In this document: positions 49,692 to 63,968 of the stretch, piece by piece
How positions within the stretch are numbered: position 1 is the first letter of the stretch
Layout of the letters: the number at the start of each line of letters is the position of its first letter
Assembly: GCF_006345805.1 (NCBI RefSeq)
Contig: NC_043001.1
Coordinates: 4,340,001 to 4,404,000, forward strand
Length of the DNA: 64,000 nucleotides
Direction: 5' to 3'
DNA from: Octopus sinensis
Taxonomy: Eukaryota
Notes under the pieces: generated by a model
What the model saw: only the letters and a program-made list of their open reading frames with translations
What the model was told of the DNA's origin: nothing
The model's database searches: none
Position numbers and translations under genes: made by a program

Positions 49692-52600
49692 GAACTAATC
49701 GTATATTAGCTTCATAGGCACTCATCTTTCGAAAGCAGAATTCAGTTTCTGCTGGAATCAGAATACCATTACTTAATATTTAAAACGCTGTAATATGTTA
49801 ACCTTCTTGCCCTTGCGCTTTACTTCCAATTACCGATAGAAATCCCTTTGAAATCATCCATCAAGTTGACCCCGCATGACAGTGTTATACATGTTAACTC
49901 ATTGAGTTTTATTCTTGCAATTACCCATCGGCATTTAGAAATAAACGATATTTTTCTGAAAGGCCTCCTCTATTATATATCCCTACTTGCAGTCTCATTA
50001 AGCGTTACAATTTATCTAAATATTTATAATATCATGCTTTGAGATAATGTTTAATGACAACGCAAGGTTTAAATTTTGAATGGATTTGAGACGGAATAAT
50101 TCTTTATTTGAGGAATTGCTCCAATAATTTCGAGTCCATATTAACGACACTGTGATAATATATTGTAGATTTCAAAACGGTTTATCTCTTAGATGTTTGC
50201 AGCACTGGCGTAGGTAGTGGGGAGGGTCGGTCTTACCTGGGCGGCACTTTGGGAGATGCTGTAGGCAATAGGGGTTATTTGTGGTATTCGAACGAGGTAA
50301 ACGGAAGAGCCATCTCGGACAGTACAGACTCTAGCCACGCTAGTTGTTCGCTGTATGTAAGACGTGGTATACGAAAACTGAATGAATATCGATGCCAATA
50401 TATTGAAATCGAATTTAATTTCACTGAGCAGAAACATTGCCATTTTACTAAGCTTATATTAATATGAGACTTAATGATCTTAGGTTAAAATGGAAACCTT
50501 CAAGAAATAAAAATGATCATCTTCGAAAAGGAGGCGCATTTTTATATTCCTTGAAATTTAAGATACATCCACATCCGTCCGTTATGTGGAATAAAGTCGA
50601 TATAATTTATAAAAGACAACTATTCTCCTGATGCGAAACGTATAAACCAAAACACGCACAAACACATGCGCACGCACGTACATACAAGCACACATACTCA
50701 GAAGCACACACATACAAATATACATATCATATATTTACGTATATGTGTTTATATTTATGCGCATGTGCATATCTCTTTTAGAATGGATTTGTGGGTTTGA
50801 GTAGAAAGAATACTCGTATCTCGATTTAATTAGGAACCAATAGAGATACAGAGTAAAAAGTTGTGCAAAATTCTGACTCTTGTAATTATAAGGTGAAGTC
50901 GATAGAATTCGACAATTTCATAAAACATCGACTCTCAGAAATTTTAGAACTTAGGTAAAATTCCTTGCTCTAAATGCTTAGTTTTCTGTATGCAATGCTT
51001 TTTGATGTCAGTTTTACGTTCTTCCTTCGCGTTTCGAGGTGCGATAAAGTAATTACTAGGCTTGAGGCGTCTCATTATTATCTTTCTCACCCCATCTCAA
51101 CCATCTCCCTCGCTCTCCCAGCCCTTGTCACAATTGACTACTCAGCAATATGAAGTCACGGGAGGCCATCCTTTATTAAGCCTCATCTAGGATTATTGAC
51201 TGACAGGCAAGCAACTTCATATCCCATAGCATGCTACAGACAGCGAAAGATGTGAAATAAGAGTGCACGAAAGGCGTGAACAGTCACATATTATATGCCG
51301 TGCAGAGTTGCAGTAAAGAAGGACTATATAAGTTTATATAATGTGAAAATATGATATGAAGAAACTTAAATGTAACTGGGTGAGGCTAAAACACAGATCG
51401 ATATCGATATCAAAACATTTCCTAAGCGCATTCGCTTGCACTGACTGCAGCTGTTCAACAATTATTTATTTTCTATCAAATCTATATGATCATTAGTAAC
51501 TTAAATACAATAGCCAAAAATATTGTCTGTTAAATATAAATTCACGTGTTTAAAAATGTAACCGATAACAATTTTTTTTAGTGAAAGCAATACCATAGTA
51601 AAAAAAAAATAAAGAGGGGAGGTAACTTGATGAATACAGCTAATTATGAATGGTAATATTATTTGGGAGAATTCTACAATTTCAGGTGAATTAACTGTCA
51701 AATGTCAAGCGAAAGTTAGAAGAATTCTATGAAACTTTATAATTCTGCAATGTTACAGACAAGACATTTTCTATTACGGAATATATGAGCAGTTTTTTAA
51801 AATTTATTTATATTTAATTTTTAATAATGATAGAATACTATGTCGTGATATCAGTAGATATAAACTATATTTTGTGCATCAAAATAACAATGACAGCCAA
51901 TAATATATATTTTTTTAATATAAAATAATATATCAATGTAAGAGTGTACAAGTTTGTGTAATATACATATATATATATATGCACACACACACACACACGC
52001 ATATATATATATAAATATATATATACATACATATACATATATATGTATGTATATATTCATGTATATATATATATGTAGATAGATAGATAGAGGAAAATTC
52101 ATATATACATATATATACAAACGCACACACACACACACATACACACACATATATATATACATATATATATATACACATATATAAGTGTATGTATATATAT
52201 GTACATACACACACACGTATACACACACACATATATATATATATATGTATGTATATAAGGATAGAAAGACATGGTGCATACATATATGTATAGATGTTTC
52301 TACTTACATGAGGTTAGATGTGTCTGTGTTGTATATGCTTCTATACATATTACGCTGGGTACCTATATACATGAACATATCTTCGTGTACACATATTGGT
52401 TTGTTTCTATGCTAACAAGTAATAACCTAAGTATATTTCACTTAGCTGACCTCTTCATTATTTCGGGTACATTGTCAATATTTTCTTCAAGTTTTTGCAA
52501 GAGAAAATATGACATCGGTGTAAAAAGGGATAAAAAAAATCTTGCAGATTCTCTAAAAACTCAATGCACAATGAAAGAGTCATTGGTAAAAAAGAGAAAA

Positions 52601-53069
52601 CTCACATTAAACATGATCTATATAAATAAACATCTATCTGCGCGCGCGCGTGTGTGTGTATTGATATGTGGTATTGGGGTGTTGTAGAGAGAGTATATGC
52701 ATACGAAACCAGGTAACAAGTCAGAAATTGATGTGGGTAAAATATTACATTCGCATACAAATGAAAAAGCATAATCATACAAATGCAGTTATGTGTATTC
52801 TTGCTTGCGTGTCTTTATCTGTGTGTGTGTGAGTGTAGGGGGACATGGCGTGTATGCGTTATTGTCTGTGTGCACGCCTATACATAAGTGTTTATATGTA
52901 TGTGCGAGGGTATGTGCAATTTAATGCTTGTATATTAATTTCGATGGACATAATGCCTACGTACAAATACATGTATACACATACATACACACACGTACAC
53001 ACACAAGTATATAAATGTATGTATTTATGTATGTATATATGCATATATATATATGTATATATATATGCA

Positions 53070-53129
<60 letters not shown>

Positions 53130-53186
53130 GATATATACATATAATATATATGTATATATATACATATCTAAATGTTTATATATATA

Positions 53187-53783
53187 CATTTCCAAATTTA
53201 TTCCTGTCGAATATTATCCGTTATTTTTGTTGTTTACAGAACCTAGCTGTTTTTTCTATTGTTTTGAATTTCACGCAAAGTGGAATTCTTATGTGTATAA
53301 ATATGCACTATATCGTATGACTAATATATAGTCTTCTTGACTAATTTTTGTGAACCTTAGACCATTGGAAATGTAAATTTTGATTGAATATTTTATTTTA
53401 ATTAAATTCCATTTCCCTTTGATATGATGAAACATTATAAGTTTCTTGATCATTTTCGGTTAAAGTTGGCGGTTTTTATTGTAGCCAGCGATTGGACAGC
53501 TTTTGTGCAGAAAAATTTGAAAAGTTAGTTCGTATGAACACGACACAAGTAGCGGTGTTTGTCTCGTGTTGTATATGTTTAACGCTAGGTTGCACCTTGC
53601 CGAAGAAGATCAGACCTTGCGAGTTCCCCCGACTTGCTAAAAGAAGATCAGAAACCAATTGGTCCGGGGTGCTAGATGGTAAATGTTTTTCATTTCAAAA
53701 TTTATTCCTGTCGAATTTTATCCGTTATTTTTGTGGTTTACAGAACCTAGCTGTTCTTTCTAATGTGTTGAATTTCACGCAAA
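53187..53783 (+). mobile_element. ~1.2-mer of a 504-bp hammerhead-bearing unit (93-bp terminal direct repeats)
   Basis: 53187-53279 is repeated at 53691-53783. HHR at 53592-53672. Flanked by (TA)n and (CA)n. Confidence 0.8.
53592..53672 (+). ncRNA. Type I hammerhead motif (CCGAAGA core variant)
   Basis: gcaccttg-CCGAAGA-a-gatc...gcgagt...acttgc...gatc-a-GAAAC-caattg-GTC-cggggtgc. 8-bp stem I with two GU pairs; palindromic stem III accaattggt. Confidence 0.75.
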
Positions 53784-53844
53784 CACACACACACACACAT
53801 ACACAAACAAAAACACACACACACACACATATATATCTACATAT

Positions 53845-54587
53845 AATTACGTGCAAATGGTTTTCGGGCATTTCACATAATCCAATGCTACACCGTTTTA
53901 AATCAGAAAAAATATTTCAAATGAAAATTTAGTACATGACGTTCATTTCAAGCTCTTTCTTAATAGCTCGTGAGGTTTCCCTTAACTCGAATAATTGCTA
54001 CAATGCAACTGACAAGTTATTTGTACAAATCCTTCCCCACGTTCATAGGTATAAGATTCCATTCATTGTGTCTGTGCTCCTAAACTTCTTCAATTTTACG
54101 TGGATTCTTCTGACGAATTCTTGTCTTCAGTTCTGTCCACATTCGCTCGACGTTATTTAAGGCAGGGCACTGAGCTGGCCAATATTCAAATGCGGTTGTA
54201 CATTCATCAGCCAGATTCTGATGTGATGCACAAGATCTGTAGCCTGATGCTCCGTCATGCTAAAAAAAAACCATACCTTCACCGAATTCTGTATCAAATT
54301 GTCATTTAGCAACTGGATGTATTTGGCAGAATTCAAGTTACCGTGAATTTTAACCAACTTTCTTGAACCATCACTTTCTATGTATCCACAAAGCTTTACA
54401 ATCTTGACGCCAAACAATATTGGTTGTTTCGGTTTCTAATAGGCGAGAATTTGTCAGAAGGCCTCCAGGAAACTTCTTGAATTGATCACTAGATAATAAA
54501 TTATCCGTTTTGGACATTTCTCTGTTTTAAAACACTGTATATTCATCGGTTTATGTGAGGTGACCGAAAACTTTTGAACGCTACTAT
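53845..54587 (-). mobile_element. Internally deleted Tc1 transposon with TIRs
   Basis: GYIESDGSRKLVKIHGNLNSAKYIQLLNDNL, QHDGA-like and WPAQCP.LN remnants. Right TIR tagtagcgttcaaaagttttcggtcacctcacataa has a degenerate inverted match at about 53845-53910. Confidence 0.8.
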
Positions 54588-54657
54588 ATATATACATACA
54601 CGCACACATATCCACACGCACACGTGTATATATTTTTATATACATATATATATATAT

Positions 54658-55119
54658 AAAAAAAATGAGGGTGAAAAAATTGGATATTAATTTAATAACA
54701 TTAGTTTAACACCAAGTGGTTTAGCGCATAAAAACTGGGATACAGTAAAAATTAATACACAACGGAAATTTTGGCGCGCTATAACGAGGACATTCGAATC
54801 ATAACTGCAAATATAATAGACTGAACCACACGTGTGTTTGGCTTTATGTTAAAATCTAGCATGCGGTTCAATAAATTATATTCATGAGGAATTCTACTGA
54901 TGAGCTGTGGATCTATTATGTAAGTAACATTGCATAATCTATTAATAGTGAAACAATTGTCTAGAATTAATCTAAATTTTTGTTATTTTTCATTTGTCCT
55001 GCTCGTTTACGTTCATAGTTGTGCTAATTCTACTTGGCAACAATTCTTGGTGGTTGAGACTATAGCGGATCTATTTTTAGCGCAAGAACGTCCACATAGT
55101 GGACCCCCTCTTATATTTG
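54658..55119 (+). mobile_element. ~460-bp monomeric hammerhead-bearing element between (TA)n tracts; diverged relative of the array unit
   Basis: Contains HHR 54890-54968. Shares tttggcgcg upstream and cttgg.gg...gag..at.gc...tct plus a terminal hairpin downstream with the array unit. Confidence 0.7.
54890..54968 (+). ncRNA. Type I hammerhead ribozyme with canonical core
   Basis: aattcta-CTGATGA-gctgt..attatgta..tgcataat..atagt-GAAAC-aatt-GTC-tagaatt. Perfect 7-bp stem I; palindromic stem III acaattgt; predicted cleavage after 54961. Confidence 0.85.
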
Positions 55120-55129
55120 TGTATATATA

Positions 55130-55167
<38 letters not shown>

Positions 55168-55369
55168 GCACGTTATCTCACAGAAGTATGTACACAGCAA
55201 AACAATTTCGAAGGAAATCAAACGGAAATTATTCTTAGTAGAATATATTATACAGGCAAACATACAAATTTGGAACACAAAACAATAAGCATTATCAAAC
55301 ACATGAACGAAATATTAATTTGACTAACATTACAAAAATATGTACACCCTAAGGAGTATTTGCTATATA

Positions 55370-55558
55370 TATAATTTGGTTTGACCGCCCTGCTTGCAAT
55401 GAGTGCATTAAATCTTCTGGGTATTGAGTCGACTAAATTTACGCATGTAATCGATGAAATTGACCTCTATTCATTCTGAGAAAATTGGGGTATTTTTCAC
55501 TTGAACCTTCCTTTTCAAAACACCCCGCAGATGTTCAATGGAGTTTAAACTAGGTGAC
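55370..55558 (-). mobile_element. Tc1 transposase C-terminal fragment
   Basis: Minus strand SPSLNSIEHLRGVLKRKV...CVNLVDSIPRRFNALIAS, matching the SPDLNPIEHLW motif. Confidence 0.75.
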
Positions 55559-55559
55559 A

Positions 55560-55790
55560 TGGTAGAACAAGGCAATACCTTGTTGCTTTTGCTCTTGGTA
55601 TGGGAGCACCATGTCGCGCACATGTGGTTGTGCTGCATGCGCTTTGTGTACTCTTATCGGACGTGTAGTCATGATGGGTATACTGCGCTTTGTACATTTG
55701 TACACCAATGTCACTTTGATGGCATGCATCGCTCCCACGATCAATGACAACAACAACAACAAAAAATATAATAATAACAATAAGAATAAC

Positions 55791-55844
<54 letters not shown>

Positions 55845-55845
55845 T
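55560..55845 (+). mobile_element. Probable 3' end of a non-LTR element with (AAC)/(AAT)n tail
   Basis: GC-richer ~180-bp block that truncates the Tc1 fragment and ends in (AAT)n. Family not determined. Confidence 0.45.
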
Positions 55846-56555
55846 ATAAAGCGTATAATCTTCTGAGTAAAACAGTAGCATAATCACTTAATCTACTGCA
55901 CAACATTTCTAGTAATGATTTTATTTACATTTCAAATTTTACAGTCGATTGGAAGTAATGATTGAAAGAGAACATTCATTCAATTAAATCCTCCATAATG
56001 TGCGTGATGATAATGAGGAGCTTCTTGTATTCCTTTCTGTGTTTAATAAGTTTCATGCTCGTAGTTCACTGAATTATTATGTTGTTAGGGCAACGTTATT
56101 CGTGTTGGTAGCTTGAAGTATAATAGAATAAGAATGACTCATAAATTTATTAGTCATAAGTGTAAATTAAGAAAAATATTTGGATTCTACGGAACAATGA
56201 AACACACAGGAACGGGGAGGTTATCTTTAGTGATTTATATCATAAATGAGATTATTATTAACAATTGCTCTGGTCTCGATGTTGCTAATTAATATCGGTC
56301 CATTGTGCTAATCTACGTTTCATGAAGAAACACTCTGTTTGCTATCGATGAATAAATACAGCTTATATCAATCATGGATGAATATATTTGCCTGAGAAGT
56401 AATAAACGGAAGCGAAGTAACTGAACGGAGGAATTACTAAAATCTTACCATATGGTACCTGTGTGTGTGAGTGTGTGTATGTGAAACGACTGCATAGAGA
56501 GATAGAGATCCTCCATTTCAATTCCGATAGCTGATATTAATGATATTATTTTATA

Positions 56556-56946
56556 CTAGCAGTATCGCCCGGCGTTGCTCGGGATTGTTTCGACCCTTTA
56601 GAATTGGGATTTTTGAAAAGTAAAAATTTTGCATTATTGTAGCTTGTTATTCTCTTTAAGTGAAAACCTTTTTGGTTGAAAAACACCGAAAATGGCGACA
56701 CAGCAGTCAAAATATCGTTAAAAAATGGATTTTCATAGAAAAAAAGCACCTTTTTGATGTAAATAATTTTTGGTGTTAACATGGTCCGATTTGAATTCTT
56801 TCTTCTACGGAAAGAAGAGCAAATCTTCTTCTATCATACTCTCAATTTTGGTCAACTTACACCACAGGGTGTCGGAGGGGATAGTGTTAGTTAAAGGCTA
56901 CCAAACCTGCCACACACAGACAACTTCAGCTTTATATATAGAGAGA
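56556..56946 (-). mobile_element. Non-autonomous Helitron
   Basis: Minus strand: A|TCtctctatatataaagc...cccgagcaacgccggg hairpin...CTAG|T. Confidence 0.8.
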
Positions 56947-59164
56947 TTTATTTCTTAAGCGCAGCTCTAGTTCTCTATAATGTCATGCATTGGAAAGTTC
57001 TTTACTATGGTTATGAATTGTTAATTACTCATGCATGGCAATAAACTGTCTGAGATCTTCAATTGCATATGCTTTTGTGTACAACATTTTCTTCCAGCTT
57101 AAACAATACAAAAAAAAAGGAAAAAGCTACCTCATGTAATTTATCATCTTAGGGTTATTTATATGAATTTCACTGACGTTTCTAATTGATCGAGATATAG
57201 TGTCGGGATTCACACCTGACAAAAAGGTCAGATGGACAGATGTTCTTAAATATGAGATATTGATGCGGATAGACAGCTAGATTTCTGGATTTCCTTCAGA
57301 AGGTATCGGATTTTCTACAAAGAAGTGACGGCCTTTGATCTACATATATGTGTGTAATTCAGCTAACTATATAATTGCGATGTTGCCCACCATTGGAACG
57401 CAGCAATTGTTCATGATCCGAAGGGTTTAGAATAGCAACATTAATCGGGAGTGATTTCATATATTTAGACAGGGATTAATTTCGCCAGCCACATTGATAT
57501 CACGCATATCTATGACTTAATTTCATGTGCCATGAAATATATAATAACAGGCAGCACGGATATTCTGGGCAATGAGCATGGTATAATCAGGTGTCGAATT
57601 ATGTGCACTGTTGAAAGATACAGGTCCCTTAACACATATAGATTTGAAAATTGGCATTACGGTCAAGGTATTGTGAACCCAAATAGCTATGTCTAAGCTA
57701 TAATATGCATAGACTTATACAGACACGAAGAGCATATTGTGTTGAAGATTGTGCTTCAGGTGTCTCTACATGTTATACATAATATTGGAAATATGAAAGC
57801 CTTGGGGACCTGACATTCATGCCATCAGGTAGATGACAAATATGTATAAGCCTCCAATTTGTAGCCATCTGGAAATCATGTGTTCATTGAATAACATCCA
57901 GGATCCATACATACATCCATGCATAGTTACATAGATATCAAATTATACAGGTTTCTATAATTTGCTTTATACAAATGTTTTATCACACTGACAGTTTCAC
58001 TTCACATATTGACCGTCTTCTGCCCACACCCCTCACAATTTGTTCCTGTTGTTGTTGCTGTCGATTTTTTATTCGGTGGTATTACGAAAATAATTACATG
58101 TGTATCCCGCTACTCGTTTTAAATATACGATAGGAAATACATTATAAAATATAGCTTCAATGTTGCAGCATAAACATTGGCAATAGAGATTGGCTACGAA
58201 GCCTAAAATTATGGGATATGACATTAACTTCATCTTTAAAAGAACTACTTCAGAATGAAGGGAATGTAATCATAGAAATTGATATAATTTTATCAAGATG
58301 ACATTTAACATATTCTTAACAGAAATATTATACTCTATATTAAGCTTATTTCAATTAAAAAAACAGAAAAAATAACAGACTATCCATAGGAGGTCTTTCT
58401 CAACTTCCAAATTTCGTTGCCTTAGATTATGATTTCTTCTTCATAACCATTTTGCTTTCTTATTCCTGTAGATATCGAATTATTAAAATGATATGTTAGT
58501 CTTTCACCAGAACACACAGAATGAAGAGCTTAAAATCTGGAGCTAATGAATATATCAAAAGGAAATATATATGTATGGGTTGTATGGCTTAAATTGTATA
58601 TAAATTATCACCCAAATTGATGAAAAAAATGATTCAAACTAAAAATTATTATGCGTATAAACACGACAAAATATATAAAAATAAACTTGAGGAATTATAC
58701 GAATTAGAAAATTACATATCACATGTTGTTTAGCGTTTGTTAGCTAATCGTTGGCTGTAAGGAGACGGCAATCTTAATTTAGAAGAAAAAAGAAATACCA
58801 GAAGCAAGGTAATATTAAAGTGAAATGTATTTATAAAATATAAGGTCAATCAACGATGCTTTTTATGTAAACGGATCCCTTATCATTATTTTTACACGAG
58901 CAACGTTGCTGTACATATTTCGTTTTTGAATGGGCGACTTGATATGCACTGATTATAAACTCTCTGAAAAACGTGTAAGCTAAATGTACAACACACGCAT
59001 ACACGCAAACATATACATACATATATGTGTGTGTGTGTGTGTGCTTGTGTTTGCGTGTATACATATGTCTATAAATGTGTGTGTATATATTTACTATATG
59101 CATGTAAATAAATAAATTACACACACATGCACACACACATACACATACACACATGCATGCATAC

Positions 59165-59228
<64 letters not shown>

Positions 59229-59240
59229 TTATGTGTACAT

Positions 59241-59275
<35 letters not shown>

Positions 59276-59766
59276 ATGCACAAGGCTGCAATCATACAAA
59301 AATATTACTACGCCTGTTGCTTCCATTTTTTTATTTGCTAAGATCCATTTTTTGAATTTATTATTTCATTTTATATTATGATGTATATAGTTATTTATTT
59401 TTTACTTTATATCATTTCGAGCATATTTTTTGAACCCGTAATCTCCAATTGATAAAAAAAAATTATACCTATATATGTGTGGATTAATTTTAAAACTGGA
59501 AAATAAAAATATTTGAAACATATGATATTCCTGGAATATATGACAGAAGCAATGTTGAAGATATAATTTGTTTTAAGCTTTTAAGCTTTCATTTTCTCTC
59601 CTGCATTATGTCAAAATTATATACGATTGAAAAGTCGCAATTCTATTTCACTGACTGGAATATCTTATTAGAGAGTGAAAAATTATCGCAAGTATATGAT
59701 ACGGCGTGTTTGAGGTCTCATTTGCACAATTACATATTCTTGGAATTAATCGCACAAAAAGTAATC

Positions 59767-59797
<31 letters not shown>

Positions 59798-60440
59798 CGT
59801 GGTTACATGTTAGCCTCTAACTTTCCGCATGTGTCAAAGTTCTACCATCTTCTCATACTCCACTTCATTCAGATTTGACAATATATTATTATTTATTGGA
59901 AATCTATTCTTTACATTTGCGCGGCCTTATTTCTTTAAATATATTCCTTTGAATATCAGCAAATATTACGTGTAATTTTATTGTGCTGCTGTGAGATTGA
60001 AATAGATTTTAAAATATTAAATTATACCCGATAGTATTCTTAATGTTATTAATGAAAACGTCATATATAACATGCTATTTTTACATATAAATAAGAGATT
60101 GTGCACGTAATAAATATTAGATTGAGTGGCACCTGTATGAACAGGTTTGGCTTCCATTCACTCAAATCAATTTATTGTCTCTCTGTCTGGGTTTGTAAAA
60201 CAGTCTCAAATCAGTGGGGTTATAAATCTACATCTCATGTTCAGAAGATAAAGATTGCCCATGCGTTATGACGCTGTTCAGCTAGCGAATATAGTTATGG
60301 TTCTCATTCTCAATTTGATGTATAATGTAGGTAGGTAAAACATACTAAGGTGTAATTAACCGAATGGAAAAGTTGCAAGGCATTGTAATACGTAAATTTA
60401 GCTGATCAAGCTTAAAGGCTTTTTCTGTTATGACTCACCA

Positions 60441-60586
60441 ATATCGAAAAATTCCTTAGGAATGAGAAACCAAGTTCGAAATTTCCCTAAGACACCTGAT
60501 GAATGCTGGAGGGTATATGAGCCAAAACGCTGTGTTAACAACAAACAAGATGAGGACAAATGTCAAATGCAAATAACGTAAATAAT
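60441..60586 (+). mobile_element. 3' part of the tRNA-head/HHR pLTR family
   Basis: atcgaaaaattccttaggaatgagaa...gacacCTGATGAatgctggagggtatatgagccaaaacgctgtg...gatgaggacaaat. Confidence 0.8.
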
Positions 60587-61106
60587 ATATAACGATGTAT
60601 AATGTAAACAAAAACATATATTTTCTAAAGCACACACAGAATAGTATTGGGTTGGAAACTTTCGACCATATTTCCTCTTGATTAGAGCTAACACTGAGCT
60701 TAACAACTCCGAAGACATGCAAAATTGTATTTTAAAATCATCTCTGGATATACGTTATTTTCAAGTATGTTATAACCCGCAGGCACAAAAACAAATTACA
60801 AACAGCCGTAATATTTTACATTCATGTTTGAAGTATAAAAATTATGAATGAAATGTGTTATTCCTTTATCGTGCCTCCAATAATAAAGGCTATTCGGTGA
60901 AAGCTGAAAAAACTGATTGCCTCCAATCAGTTAGAACCAAAGAGAAGTACCTTCCTTTCTATATTTTTACTAAACTTTATATTTATCCCAAATGAAATCG
61001 TATGCAATCGTCCGTTTGATCTGAAAGCAATATCTCTGAGTATTACACTAAATATAACAATCACTTGCAGTTTGTCACCCTGTTTTAATATTTATGAATC
61101 CCATAA

Positions 61107-61557
61107 GGCAGCGAGCTGTCAGATTCTTTAACACAGGAGGCAAATTGCTCGTCAGAATTTCGTCTGTCTCTATGGTTTAAGTTGGAATTTCGCCGAGGAC
61201 CACTTTGCATCTCAGAATTTGGGAGTCGATAGACGATACAGAACGTAACATTTAAGCTCTGGGGTCGAAGTAATCGACTCAACCGCTCTCGCGAAACTGC
61301 TGGCCTTGTACTAAAATTTTAAACCCGTATTTAAGAGGGGTAATAAGAGAGCGAGCTGGCAGAATTGTCACCGCACCTCGCAAAATATATAGCAGAATTT
61401 TGTCTTTACAATATGAGTTCAAATTCTGCCGAGGGCGAATTTCCGATTCGTCCTTTCCGTGTTGATAAAATAATTACCAGTTGAGAACAGGGTTAGCTGT
61501 AAACGATTTACATATTTCCCAGAAATTGCTGGCCTTTGCCAAAATTTGAAAGCATTA
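61107..61557 (+). mobile_element. Two adjacent degenerate SINE family B copies
   Basis: aggcagcgagctgtcaga and gagcgagctggcaga heads; gagttcaaattctgccgagg; gttgataaaataattaccagttg. Confidence 0.7.
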
Positions 61558-61744
61558 TTTACATATTTCTATTAACATCCTCTTCTCCACTAATTTAAAC
61601 CCCGAGAATTGCAGTCGTATATTATGTCATAAATCCGTTTGAAATCCTTAATCTATAACTCATAATCTTTTTCCGACTTTAAATAAGGGTAATTAGCATT
61701 TCTACATTTAATTATCAATATATATAAATTTATCAAAAATTATC

Positions 61745-61789
61745 AATATATATATATATATAATCTATATATATATATATATATATATA

Positions 61790-61842
<53 letters not shown>

Positions 61843-61884
61843 TATATATATATATATACTTATATATATATATATATATATCTA

Positions 61885-61915
<31 letters not shown>

Positions 61916-61931
61916 CTATATATATATCTAT

Positions 61932-61962
<31 letters not shown>

Positions 61963-62220
61963 CTATATATATATATATATATTATATTATATATATATAT
62001 TATAGATATATATATATATATATATATCTATATCTATATATATATATATATATATCTATATATATATATATATATTATATCTATATTATATATATATTAT
62101 CTAATATATATATATATATATATATCTATCTATATATATATATCTATATATATTATATATATCTATATATATATATATTATATATTATATCTATCTATAA
62201 TATAATTATATATCTATTAG

Positions 62221-62254
<34 letters not shown>

Positions 62255-62261
62255 TATATTA

Positions 62262-62294
<33 letters not shown>

Positions 62295-63009
62295 CTATAT
62301 ATATATTAATATATATATATATATCTATATATATATATATATATCAACCCGAGTTGATCACAGAACTGAGGCGACCCACGAAGCTACACAAAGAAGATAG
62401 CCTCTATGCAGAATGTAAGCTACTGGGAAAGACTCAAGAGATTAAAATTATATTCCCTGGAGCGTAGGCGGGAAAGATATGCCATAATATACATCTGGAA
62501 GATCCTGGAGGGAAGTGTCCTGAACTTTGGCATCGAGAGTTACGCAAATGCCAGAACTGGGCGCCACTGCTGGTGCCTAGGACTCCAAACCTGCCATCAA
62601 GATGTAGGACAAGATTCTGTGATAGCCTGGGCTTCGAGGCCCACAGCTCTTCAATATCCTCCCGAAGATCCTGAGAGACCTGCATGGGGTGGATACAGAT
62701 GTCTTAAAATGAAGCTGATCTCTTCCTCTCAGGTGTCCCAGATGAACCAACTTCACGGCAGGAGGGGCAGATGAGGGCAGCTGCATCGAACTCTCTCATG
62801 CCACCAAATAGCAGTTGCTAGAAAGCCTCATGAAGTGAAACCAGTAGCAACACCAAATGGCGGGGCCCAGCATGGCCACAGCTCATAAGCTGAAACTAGA
62901 ATCAATCAATCAATATCTATATATATCTATATATCTATATATATCTATATATATATATATATCTATATATATATATCTATATATATATCTATATATATAT
63001 ATATATATC

Positions 63010-63043
<34 letters not shown>

Positions 63044-63175
63044 ATATAATATATATATATATATCTATATATATATATATATATCTATATATATATATAT
63101 TATCATATATATATATTATTATTATATATCTATATATATATATATATATATACTATAGATATATATATATATATC

Positions 63176-63208
<33 letters not shown>

Positions 63209-63384
63209 TATATATATCTATATATATATATATATATATATATTCTATATATAATATATAATATATTAATCTATATATATATATAATATTATATATATAT
63301 CGATATATATATATATATATCTATATATATATATATAGATATATATATCTAATATATATATATCTATATATATATATATATATA

Positions 63385-63451
<67 letters not shown>

Positions 63452-63517
63452 CTATATATATATATATATCTATATTATATATATCTATATATAATTATAT
63501 ATATATCTATCTATATA

Positions 63518-63601
<84 letters not shown>

Positions 63602-63656
63602 ATATATATCTATATATGTATATAATATCTATATATGTATATAGATATCTATATAG

Positions 63657-63688
<32 letters not shown>

Positions 63689-63711
63689 ATCTATATATAT
63701 ATATATATATA

Positions 63712-63758
<47 letters not shown>

Positions 63759-63840
63759 ATATATGTATATATATATCTATATATATATCTCTATATATAT
63801 ATATATATCTATATAATTTATATATATATATATATATATA

Positions 63841-63880
<40 letters not shown>

Positions 63881-63968
63881 TATATATATATATATGTACT
63901 ATATATATATATATATTAGTGTATATATAATATATATATATCTATATATATATATATCTATATATCTA

